Positions 27,801 to 39,800 of a DNA stretch of 64,000 bases are shown here, one piece after another. How positions within the stretch are numbered: position 1 is the first letter of the stretch; each line of letters opens with the position of its first letter. Source of the DNA: Ascidiella aspersa (lineage: Eukaryota); assembly GCA_963924565.1 (NCBI GenBank), contig OZ004608.1:16492001-16556000 (forward strand), written 5' to 3'. The translations under genes and the position numbers were made by a program. The notes below the pieces were generated by a model. That model was given only the letters and a program-made list of their open reading frames with translations. It did not search any database and was not told the origin of the DNA.

Positions 27801-30800
27801 CAATTGACATGTTGTAGAGGTTTCGTCTCAATTGACATGTTGTAGAGGTTTTCGTCTCTTCGATATATTGAAAACAATTTTACAACTGATTAAAACTGTT
27901 GTGAACTAACTTGACTGATTTACGGATTTAACTGCCCCCATTAAGTTCTATCTAAAAAAAAACTCTTTTTTCGCGTTTATTGCTATACAGAAGACCCATC
28001 CTTAGTTTTAGTTAAATTTTAGAGAACTTTAGACAAACTAACTTAGACTCAACTCTATCTGATTGGTAAAACACGGTGATTGATAAACATGAAAAATATT
28101 ATTAATTGTGGTAAACAACCCTTTTCTTGAAGTATCTTTACAAATAGCGATTTACCAAGCAATTCACTACCGTTGTCAAGTAATTGAACTTTTTAAAAAT
28201 GTAAATACGAACACGTTATAGAAGCAAAGCGAATATGAACTTGTGTGTATTAAAGTTCTCTGGTCGCGAGGAGAGCGTGGACTACACTAACAACTCTGGA
28301 GACCGCCTGTCAATCAACAGCTCGTCCTTCAAGAACTACGACACCATTAAGCGGGTACTTAAAAATACGGCAAAAATCGGTTTGCGTTTCACTCGGTGTG
28401 TTTTTGTGTAAGACCTTTGCTAAGTCTTGTCGTAACAATTCCCTGTAAAATTACAAAGCAAGTGTGGAAAGCCGAAACCTAAGCCACAGTTTAGTTCATA
28501 ACAACGAGAATCCCCGTCAGATTTTTATTTTTGTAACCTGCCAGTTTTAACAAACTTGCTTGTTACTATATTTTATTAACAACTAATATAATGAAAGGCG
28601 GTTTAATAACTGTTTTGCTTGCTGCTGGCTGCTTAGCATAAGCTTCATTTAACTTGCGCCACATTTGCACTATTTCACTAGTTTTGTTATTTGTTTTAAA
28701 AAAAAACTAATGCGATTACGTTTTCATGCTATTAGTTTTTTAATTGCGCTTCTGTCGCTATAAGAAACAAACGTTCAATCCATTAAACGCAGTAAAACGT
28801 ATTAATTTAGGCTATAATAAAGTTTTGCAGTTTTTCCACCTGGCTTAAATTGCTTGAGTTCATATAACTCCGCCTGTGAACATGGAGACTCCTTTATTGC
28901 TCCCGCCTCTCTCTGTTGGTCGATATTTTGTCATCTAACGGGCTTCAATAACAAGCCGCTTGTTTTTAACATCGCGCTTTCGTTTTTGTGTAGGTATCTA
29001 TTTCCCGTTACCTCCTATGTTCGGCTTCTGCAAAAGCCTGAGTGAGACGTATAAATAAAACAAAGCTATTTTACTTAACGAAGTTCGATTTCATTGTTCC
29101 GTTGCTGTCCCAAATAAAAAAAACTAGGTTGAGGTACAAATTATTTTACAGGAAGAGTATTTTTACAGGAAAAATAATCCGACAGCGCAAAGCACGAAAA
29201 TTTAATATCGTTGTAAAACTAATGGTATACACGAACGCAGTTTTTTCCAATATATAATATAGCATAAGGTGTAATGCTAGCTCTCTTTCTCAGATTCTTA
29301 GAAAGCTGACGTCACTGTGTGTTTCCGGGGAAAAGAGTCACCCCTGCAAGGAGCAGCAACGACTTTTAAGGAACATGGACGCCCATAGCGCAGTGCTGGA
29401 TTTGCTGCAGGTAGTACCGTTCGAACTGGACAATAACATAATAAACATTGCCGTCGTTTTTGCTGAGCCTCGCCAGGGTTTATCATTATGAACTTTTTAA
29501 CCCGCACATAGCGTGGTAATCGAATCCAACTAATCGTGAAGTCACTTGAAATACTATCCTTCCTCGCATATGCGGATCGCAAATCTCGTGTTCTTATTCT
29601 TTCTTGCGCATCGCCAGATCTCTTACGATCGCAACACAGACCCGCACATGCAGGGCATCATGCAATTCGCGCACAAGTTTCTGCAGGTCTTCTGCAAGGG
29701 GAACCCCCAGAACCAGGTGCTACTGCACAAGAACCTTCAACTTTTCATGACACCCGGGGTAAGTCGGAGTTGACATATTAACATTCTCCTTTAACCTCAT
29801 GTGAACATCTGAGAGAATTTGGGTTTGTAACAGTAACACGTATCTGAGGGTTATTTTATTCAATGCTACATGGTGTTATGAAATCAGTCCACATCGTGAG
29901 TTGTTCCTAATTGTTTTGTTGTGCTGTCTTTATCAGTTGCTGGAAGCGCAGACAATGCAAGCGATCTTTCAAGACAACGTGTCACTGTGCAACGAAGTTA
30001 CTCACACGGTTATTCAGCACTTCGTCAACTGCATCGGTAAGTTTTCTAAACTGACGTTATTCTGTGTTTTAAGGTAGGTTTGGCTATCCTCTTAACTTCA
30101 AGGGTTTGCTTTGTTAAATTTTCTTTCAAAAAATCCCGGCAGTAATGTATTAACTAAAATGACACATTGTAGTTTTTTGCGATAACATACAGTAACTAGC
30201 TTGATAATAAATTGCAAGGCCAAAAAGGTCAAGTAGATCGACATCATCTTGATTGAGACGTTTCGATACGAGCTTGTATCATCTTCAGTTAATGTGACTG
30301 AGAAGCAATTCAAGCATCACTTATAAGAGATGGGACGCAATTAACGGGGGTCAAAGAACATAGGGTCGATGAAAAATCAGAGGTTTGCAGGCATCTTCTG
30401 CAACATTCCGAGCATAAGGTTGATTTTTGCAAGCCCGAAGTTCTCGGATGGGCTTCAGACGTTTTTAAATTGCGGCTACTCGAGTCGCTATCTATACAAG
30501 ACTGCAGCGCCGAACTAAACGTCGACACCTTATCAACACCGCTGTACCTGTTGAACACCTGAAAGTGCTAAATTATGCTCCTACTTTCGAAACTTACACT
30601 TATAACAATTGCGTCTCATGTCTTATAAGTGATGCTTGAATTGCTTCTCAGTCACATTAATTGAAGATGATACAAGCTCGTATCGAAACGTCTTAATCAA
30701 GATGATGTCGATCTACTCGACCTTTTTGGCCTTGCAATTTATTATCAAGCTACATTACCGATCCGTGCATAGTGTACCACATACAGTAACTAATTAACTT

Positions 30801-33800
30801 CTGAAGGACCTGTATCCCTAAAGCCCTGTGGGGTTTGCGACTAGTGCCTTAAAATGGCTTTGGTAATCAATGTATTTTCGTTATAAGTGGACTGTTAAGG
30901 ATATACTTTTTTATCCTGCCCCTGAATGTAATAAAAAACAATTAGGACCGTCTCTTTGGCTAACTGGTTGTGCAAGTGTGTCTTTGGCAAAGTAAGTACA
31001 TCCTTTGGATTGGGAGATGTTTCTTTTATATTTTAACTCCAAAGCGGTGACAAAAACCGCCTCACTTCGACAGAAGTGTTTACATTTTCTAAAGCCATTA
31101 CAACGTTCCCATTTCCGCAGAGAGCCACGGCCAACGCACGCCATACCTTAAGTTCTTGCAAGCAATCATCAAGTCGGAGGGCAAAGGACACAACCGGAGG
31201 TGCCAGGATCTGGTGATGGCTGAACTTGCACAGGCCGGGGAAGAGGTGAGATGTAATACCTGGGCGTAATTACCTTAATGTCGGTTAAACGGTTTAGGAA
31301 TTCTGCCTCTTTGTTTTACAGTCGTCTTCCATGTTGGTGTCATGGGACTGTTAAAATCAAATCTTTTGTAAACGGCAGTGTAAAGAGCCTTGGGATTTTT
31401 TAGCTACGATAGTTTGTAGAAGCGTTAAAACGACGCCACTTTGAAGATAGGGCAGTCTTGTGTTAATGTATTACATTTTAGGTGCTCTTGTTCTACAACG
31501 ATCGAGCCTCCTTCACAAACCTGGTGGATCTGATGGAGGAGCACGCGCGAAGAAGCAAGTTAAGCGATCAGCTCGACTCCACTTTCCACCAGGAGGAGAC
31601 AGAGAACAAGCTGCTCTATCACATTGAGCTCGTTCAACTCTTGGGTAAGTCTACCCACAAAAGTAATACTGCAACCTACTGGTTTGGTGTTGCTGGAAGC
31701 CTTACACCACCCTTAATCTGGTGTTATTTAAAATTGTCTCCTATTCCTTTAAAACAATTTAATTTGGTCCTCGTAATAAATGTGAGGGTCAATAGTTTTA
31801 CTTAGGGAGCTTGTGCAAGAAAAGGTTTGATTTGTTAGATTCTCGTTAAAAATTCCCGGCAGTAATGTATTGTCTCAAATGACAACTTTCATGACAATTC
31901 AATAAGCATTCAATAAGATCTAATTTGGTCTTTCATCATAAATATGAGGGTTGATAGTTTTACTCGAGAAATTTGTGCAAGAACACCTAATTAGTACATC
32001 CGCGGCCTGACAAAAATTGTTGTGTAACTTTGCAGAGGCCTGAAAACAGCTTGGTAGAACTCTCAATATATACCACTTAAACTGTGTTTGTTACGTACAG
32101 CGTATTGCACAGAAGGAAAGAACGTGTACACGGAAATTAAATGCCACAGTCTTCTTCCACTGGACGACATCGTAAAGGTAAACGCAGTTTCATTATTAAA
32201 CGGGGAACTTTTTTGTTGTACTACTGTTCTCCATATTTTGGTCTGTTTAACGGCCTGCCCTGAGCCCATGTACGCACACAACTGTACAACTGTAAACTTT
32301 ATTATTTAATAGGGCGCTTTCTTGAGCGATTGCAGCTAGCGCGAACGCTAGCTCGCTTGATCCTAAAACAATGATCGTCTCGCATCAACACTAAAACAAG
32401 ACTGCCCTCGTGCTCTAAAACAGTTTTCACTGTAAACGAAGGAATGTCCCCACAGGACTACAACCGAAATGTAAAACAATAAGTGATTACAAGTGAAAAC
32501 GTAGCTACATAATTGTTGACGCCAGGTTTTTTTTTTACTTGTCTACTCTTTAACTTGAGTCTTGAGTGTTTGTCTTTAGTACAACGTGTTTGTTCTGATG
32601 TTAACAAGGTTTTATTCAAAAGCCTAAACTATATGACTTTTACCCCTGTCTAAATGCTACATTCAACCTTTTTTGTTGTTATCTGGTGTGAAATTACACG
32701 TGTTATGTCATTGGCAAATAGTCAACGAAAATGGACTAAAATAAAACGGTGGTATGTAGGTGGTGGCTCACGATTCGTGCATTCCCGAGGTAAAGAACGC
32801 GTACGTGAATTTCCTCAACCACTGTTACGTGGACACCGAGGTGGAGATGAAGGAGATCTACTCGTCCTCACATATCTGGGATCTCTTCGACTACTTTATG
32901 ACCGACATGGAACGCGTAAGTCCCCCAGAACCAACTGTCCAAGTTGACAAGCACTCATCAGTTTAAAATCTCCTCTGGTAGACATAAAATATGACCTTAT
33001 TATTAAATATCAATTTAACTGTTTTCATTCTGGTGACGTGGCTTATTTCAACAGGTCAACGTGAAACACGGAATAGAGATTTGTTTATCAGGGCAAGATA
33101 AATTAACGCCTAATAAAGCCTTGCAACGGTTCACTAAATAATTCCTAGATCTTCAAACCATGTACTCGAAGCCTCGCCGTTTTATAGCGAGAAAGATTCG
33201 GTTATATTTTTTGTGTGACATTGTTCTGTTTTACCCAAAAGCATTGCTTGAATACAGTAAGTTTAAGTAATAAATCTGCGAAAAATTTACGCGCGTTGGC
33301 TGTTACAAGTATATAACTGCGAAAGTTTTGCAATAGAGATTTCTTTGGATAAAAGCAATTCACTCGTTATCGCTGTTTAGGTGCGTTCGGAAACGCCGGA
33401 CACCGAACTGAACCGCAAGACGCAGCAATATCTCGCCACCACCGTCATGGAAATTATCACCATGTTCTTCAACTCGCCTTTCTCAGACGCTACCACTCTC
33501 GTACAGGTTTCAAAACAACCCTTCTAAAACCTATTTGGCCAAGTTTTGCGGTTTACTTCCGATATTTATGTTTGGATAAAATTTTCTGCCAGCCGTTTAC
33601 TCTGGTTTACCTAAACTAAACGATTAAAATACATGTTCTTTTTTTTTTGCTTACTTTTCACTATACTTCGTATTTTTAACACATTGAAAAATATTGATAA
33701 ACCGGATAAAAAGTCAACACGAATTCTCAAACAATATGACCTACAGAATTAATCGCAATTAAACGTGTGAAGCGTCAAGTTTGACGGGAATTTAAATTAC

Positions 33801-36800
33801 ATCGGCTGTTTTTAGGCTTGGAACCCCGAGTTAAATTGTGCGACAACAGTTACTCGCTTTTTACAGCATTGCAGCATTACACGTATATAATATGCTTTTC
33901 GATGCAGATGCGACAAACGACTTACGTGCAGCTTTTGCGCGCCATAGTCGACCTCTACCACAGCCCGAACCTTATCCCACAGTACAAGCCCAGACTGGAG
34001 GAAACGATCAAGAAGATGGGTGAAGTCGGTGAGTGGTCGATGTTCCCCGGTGTTCGTTTTTTGCTTCTAGCGACCTCATTGTTGGTGCTTTTTTATTTGG
34101 TGGTTAAAATCACGCCCCCGATCCTTTTAATCCCATTTAGCGGTGAACTGTTTGACAGACAAGCATGCCGAGTTCATTTGTCACTAATCAATAACAAGCG
34201 GGGTCGGACTACCTAAAATTATTTAGTACCATGAAGAGCTAGTATTTACATTTCTGCCAAGCATACCTTACAAACCTAATTTTCTGATTTAAGCTGGTTG
34301 TAAACCGTAAAAACAAGTTAGAGGGAAAATATAAAAAATCACTTCATTGCTGTAACATTTGTGTATGTTACATTTGAAACACCGACCTTGCTAATAACGT
34401 TTTTTAAGTCGTCTAACACCGTATGTGTTTGTCATGCAAAATCAAATGCTAAATATAAAAATCTAATAAATGAAAACATACTACTTTTCATTTTGTTGTG
34501 TTGTAACCGAATCTGCATGAACCCCCGATCTATATAACACGTGGCAGCGAGCACGCCAAAGCGACACGCTCGCGCCTCCGACTGTTACGTCACGCCCACG
34601 GCACGAATCTAGCCAACGTCATCATCTTTGTGTTCATCCATGTGTTTGCAGCGAAGGCGTGCAACGTCGCGCTGCCGAAAGACATCGTAAACCTCATCCT
34701 GCTTCAGAATAGCGTTAAGATCCTCGGTACACGTTGATGGCTGTCGCCTTTGTTTGTATTTACAGTAACTGGCTCAATTGCATGCCTTGTCGTGTCCCTT
34801 GTTTGCTCCTCTGTTGGTAGGCAACTCCACCTCAAGTGATTTGCATTCTTTCATCGCATGGACGGACTGCTTGTGTAGTGGTTTGCATGGATTGAATCGC
34901 ATTTAACGCCTGCTTAATTCAGCCTGCTTACATGACAAATCTCTTGCACGTGGAAAAGGATAAAACATATTTTCTTTTCACGAAAATTTATTTTAAGTTC
35001 CAACGCAATAGATTGACATTACACTAAATAACAGCGGTTTCGTGCAATTATAATGCTGCCCTTGGAATTACAGGAGCCAACGAGGCAAATATATGGCAAC
35101 GTGCGCCGTGACGTCGTTAACAAAACTCGCGTTTCATCTAGCCACATCTCTTATTTTCATAGCACGTTACACATTCGATTTGCTCGCTATGTGTGGTGAC
35201 CATGGCCTTGTTTGTATGAACGAAAATGTGAATTTCGTCGCTATAACCAATCAGCAAGCTGACACAGTTTACCAACGTAACCTGACTGCAACCAAACCTA
35301 GGTTTTTGTCATATGAACGCACTATAATTGCCCACCTGTATAATAAAAATAAACTCGCTCTTCACCTGATTGCGGAACTATAAACACTCCATCAGCTCGC
35401 GCAAGTTCGCCTTGGTTTTCGCGTTCCAAGCATGGTGTTCTCCCTCTTCCACAGGATGTGTATAAAACCAGATTGCGTGTAATACTTTAAATATAATTCG
35501 ACTGTATTTTCCATTTACTGTCGTGCAATTCCATAACTTTATTTCGACATCTACCACTGTAGGAAATAAACGCCTACGATTAAAAAAAACGTGTAAAAAT
35601 TAATTACCTTGTTTTAACGATCGGAAAACCTGACCTCGTCTTCCACTAATTCCAAGCCACTGTCGTTTTAAAGCCAAAGAACGCCACATCACAATGCCCG
35701 GCAAGCTCGAGACTAGGGTTAACGAGGTGGTAAACAGGCCCAACGTGATGGGCGCCATTCAGCGCTTTCGCGAACTCCGTTCCGCTACTCTGACCAAGCG
35801 AGACTCGGAACAGACGACCGGCCAGGTAATTGGTGGCGCAACAAACCAACTTTGCTTCACCCTCGTTGAAAATGCCATCAGAGTGAATTATTATTGGGGA
35901 GGAAAAAGAAAATGAACAGAAATCCGTCGCCCGCTGTGTGGTAGGCAAGCACAATTCGTCATGCTAAATAATTCTCGTGCTGGTTTAAGGGCTAGACCTC
36001 GTTTGATCATCCATCAAGCAATACATAAACTCGTCAATGCCTCTTGTTTGATTTGTCACAAGGAGGCGCTATTAGGATTTTTTGCAAAAAAACAAACAAA
36101 AAAAAACGCCGTGTAGTTTATATTTGTAGATCGTCAGCAAGCAAACGCCAACACACGATTTGCGCTCTTCTGCTATAATGCGTTATAACTAGTCAACCTG
36201 CTTTTGCTTCGCACCTATGTTGTATTTCTGCACAGCTTTGTAGACGCAAGCCGATTGTTGTTCGGCCTTGTGCGAGTAGAGATAGCTGCATTCACCAGTC
36301 GTTGGAACTTCACCTCGGAGTGACGTTGTTGTCAGCTTTTTGTCTCATTTTGATATTACCCATGTAGATGTTATACATTGGCTCGTTGTTGCTTGAAATT
36401 TCAACTATTGTCCTTGAAGCAGATCTTGTCGGGTGATTACCACCTGTTAAAAGTTGCTTTTGGAACAATAATTATTAAAAAGAGTTCATGAAAACACTTG
36501 ACGAAAAAACACCTGTCGGTTATATTATAAACTATTTAATGTACGAATTTTGCAATAATGCTGGGTTGCTGTCAACAGTAAACAATTCCAAAAAAATTCG
36601 TAAATTTTAGACAATTTTTAATAATTCCAAATAAAAATTACTCTTTTTTATTTTTCAATATTTATATAATTCAAAAACCTTAGCCACACTCAGTTTAGTT
36701 TCTTTCCCATCAATATCGATTTTCATGCATTAATTGGCATATCGGAGATTATTCTTCCATCCATACTTTTTTACGATTTGATCGAAATGTTCCACTGTTT

Positions 36801-39800
36801 TAGTTGTGACAATAGGTTTTATAAATTGCGACGCCAATCAACTTTAATTTAGTGGTCGTCGCGATAATTGTTTTTGTTGGCTCGTTCTTGTTTTTTTTCA
36901 CCTTGATTTTAAATTGATATTCGGTTGTAATTAGCCGACTTGACTTGTGATAACGGTGCAGATTGTGGTTATGCTTTGCGTCCACTAACCGAACGCCCTA
37001 ACAACCTTAACGCAAGTATTTAATTTAGGCTTATGAATTGATTGATAATAATGCGCTGCATTGAGCATGTTTTTTATAACCAACCGATGTGATAAATTTG
37101 TCTCACTAAGTTTTTTTTTTTAATTGTCGTCATTAAAACGAACTTTTGGATTTCTAGACTTTTTAAAAGGCGCCGTTTCGAAATAGTTCACACGTTTATA
37201 TTTTTATAAATCAAAGCAGTTAGCGTTTAACAAAAAAGTAAAACAAAATTACATTAACAAATCTGAAAAATATTTTTTGTGCTTAAGTTTTGCACGCTTT
37301 ACCTCGAAACTATTAATTAATTCTAAATTTAGTGTTGTATTAACATTGTGTAAAAAAATTCCTTACCGACCGTAAATGTTAAAATGTCATAAACTAAGCG
37401 AAACTCAAGTTTATTTTTTTACGTGTGAATATTTTTTTAAACGCCGCCATTTGCAGCTAACCTTTAGTAAAGTGGCAAAATAAATGTGTTTTTATTAAGA
37501 TACAGATGTTCTTAAAATAGCTTTAATGTCCTTAATTCATTAGACCACTGTGAGATGAATTGTACTCAAACTCAAAACTATTTCATTAATTGTCATCCGC
37601 GGTGTCAACCTTTTTTCCCGAATGACACGACTTCTAAGCCGGCTAAGATTTGCGAAATGTTCCTTTAAAAATAGGCAGATTTTTGAGTCGCCCTGCTTTT
37701 TGTAGCCTCCCAAAAGGGCGTGGCCATCACGTCCGAACTGCAAGGGCAAATAGGCAAGTCAAAAATGAGCCAGGTGGAGAAGGCGATGCGGCGCTTCATG
37801 TCACGCCGACACATCTTCCGACCAGGAGCCGAGGCGCAAGACAGCCAGGTTTGAGTTTCTGCCAAAAAATATGTTCCCTGTATTGCGGTTGATTGTGGCT
37901 CAGTCGAGGAACAAAATCGCTGATCTATAAACGAGTTGGCTTTTCAGGGGCGAATCGTTTTGATATTCGCAAGCAGTTGTATTAAAACAAATATCGAATG
38001 GGTAGTTTTTGAATGCGCTGGTGCACAAGTTTACGACTGCGATGGTCTGGTTTAAAAAGTAATCTTGTCATTTGGATTAACCTTAACTTATATTGCAATC
38101 TTAGTGTTCGAAAAATAATCTTGCGGCTTCGGCCAGTCCAATGCTTTTAACAGCACTCGAATGTTTTTTAACAGTTACGGTCATGTGTATGCTGTGGTAG
38201 GCTATTGATTTGCTTTTGATTCTTTAAAGCGGGATCCTAGGAACATGAAATCTTCAAATTGTGCATAAGACATTTTAAAGCAATTGATGAACAATAACAT
38301 TCCAAAGAACTGTTATATTATCCTTTTTGTAATGTTGGGAAAATTCGCGTTTCGTCTGGTCGTGACCTAAGCTGCTTAAAAATATTTTTTATCTTGCAGA
38401 GTAATAAATATTTAGATTAGTCCACTTTTTCCTGTGCGTTTAGTTCTGTACTTTCATATAGCCCTTATGTTTATTCCCTGTCCAATCACTGAATTCGTTA
38501 GTTTTTCCAAGAATGACTGCATATTTGAAAAAATCACCTGTTGTTGCTGTGGGTATATCTTATTGTCATGGATAAAATTAAATGCCGGTTTGTCAGGAAT
38601 TGTGGTAGTTTCGAAATATATTCTTATGTTACATGTTTTAAGACGAATTGTGTTAGGGGATTTCTGGTAGCTTTGTTGCAAGATATGCGCAACTGCTTTG
38701 TTAAATGTCACATGGGAGAGAAATTGTATTCCTGTTTTGGCATTTTCACGAGACAATATGAAATTCGGCACGGGTAGATAACATTCTTAAAGTATAAATT
38801 GTCAACTTACCTAAATAACAAAGTATAACGTGTGGTCAAAAAATAATTTTATTTTGCCTTCGATTTTAGTGATATTATAAACGTTAATTGGCATATGTAT
38901 TTATTGTGTAATACGGAAATAGAATTAAAAACAATTAAACCTTCTTCTGTTTGCCTCTACGTCCTTAATGTGTGTAATATACGCATTTAAATTTATATCC
39001 TATGTTAAAGTTAAACCTTTTGTCATATGTTATCTTATAAATTATATGTTATCTTGAAATCATATGTTATCTTATAAAACCTGGGCGTGCAGAGCTACCG
39101 GGATGTGATAGAAGGTTTGCAGGACATCGTGGCTGTGCTGGAAAGCCAGTTACGGCCTCTGGTTCAGGCCGAGCTCTCGGTGCTGGTCGACATCCTTCAT
39201 CGACCCGAGCTGCTCTTTCCCGTCGACACCGACGCGAGGAAACAGTGTGAGGGCGGAGGATTCATTTCCAAGTAATTTCGCGTGTTTGTTATAGGCATAA
39301 AAATCAGATCGAAGCTACTGAGTATAGGTGTATGTGTGGCTAGTTAGGGATGAAACCAATTCACTCTTTCTGTGCGTTAACTTTAACAAAAGCAGTTGCT
39401 GAATTAAGGCCAACCTCTCCGTCACGCACGAAAACAAGTCGTTGGAAACCATTCTTTAAATATTTTGTCAAAAGTAACTGCTTTGTTTCAACTTATATAC
39501 AAGAACCTCCTAATAGAACAGAGAAACAACAGTGCCTAATGTTACGACAGTACGCAACTATATTGTAGTTTTATTGCTGCGGTTCACATTCAACTTGGTG
39601 ATTCAAAATGAAACACTATATCTGCAGATCGCAATTTGTGATCGTGTTGTTTTTTGTATTTTAGGTTAATCAAACACACAGAGCGTTTGCTGGAAGATCG
39701 CGAGGAAAAACTGTGTGTTAAAGTTTTGCAAACATTGCGCGAAATGATGACCGTCCATATCAACTTCACGAACAAGGTACATTCGAATGCATAAAACGGT

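Noticed and set aside
31755-31985. ~165-bp-period imperfect direct duplication, partly shared with 30100-30165
   Set aside because: Old repeat fragment with no termini or coding signal
36236-36319. Open phase 0-0 stretch [28 protein letters not shown] within the exon-37 cluster
   Set aside because: Weak donor, no similarity to the paralogous exons
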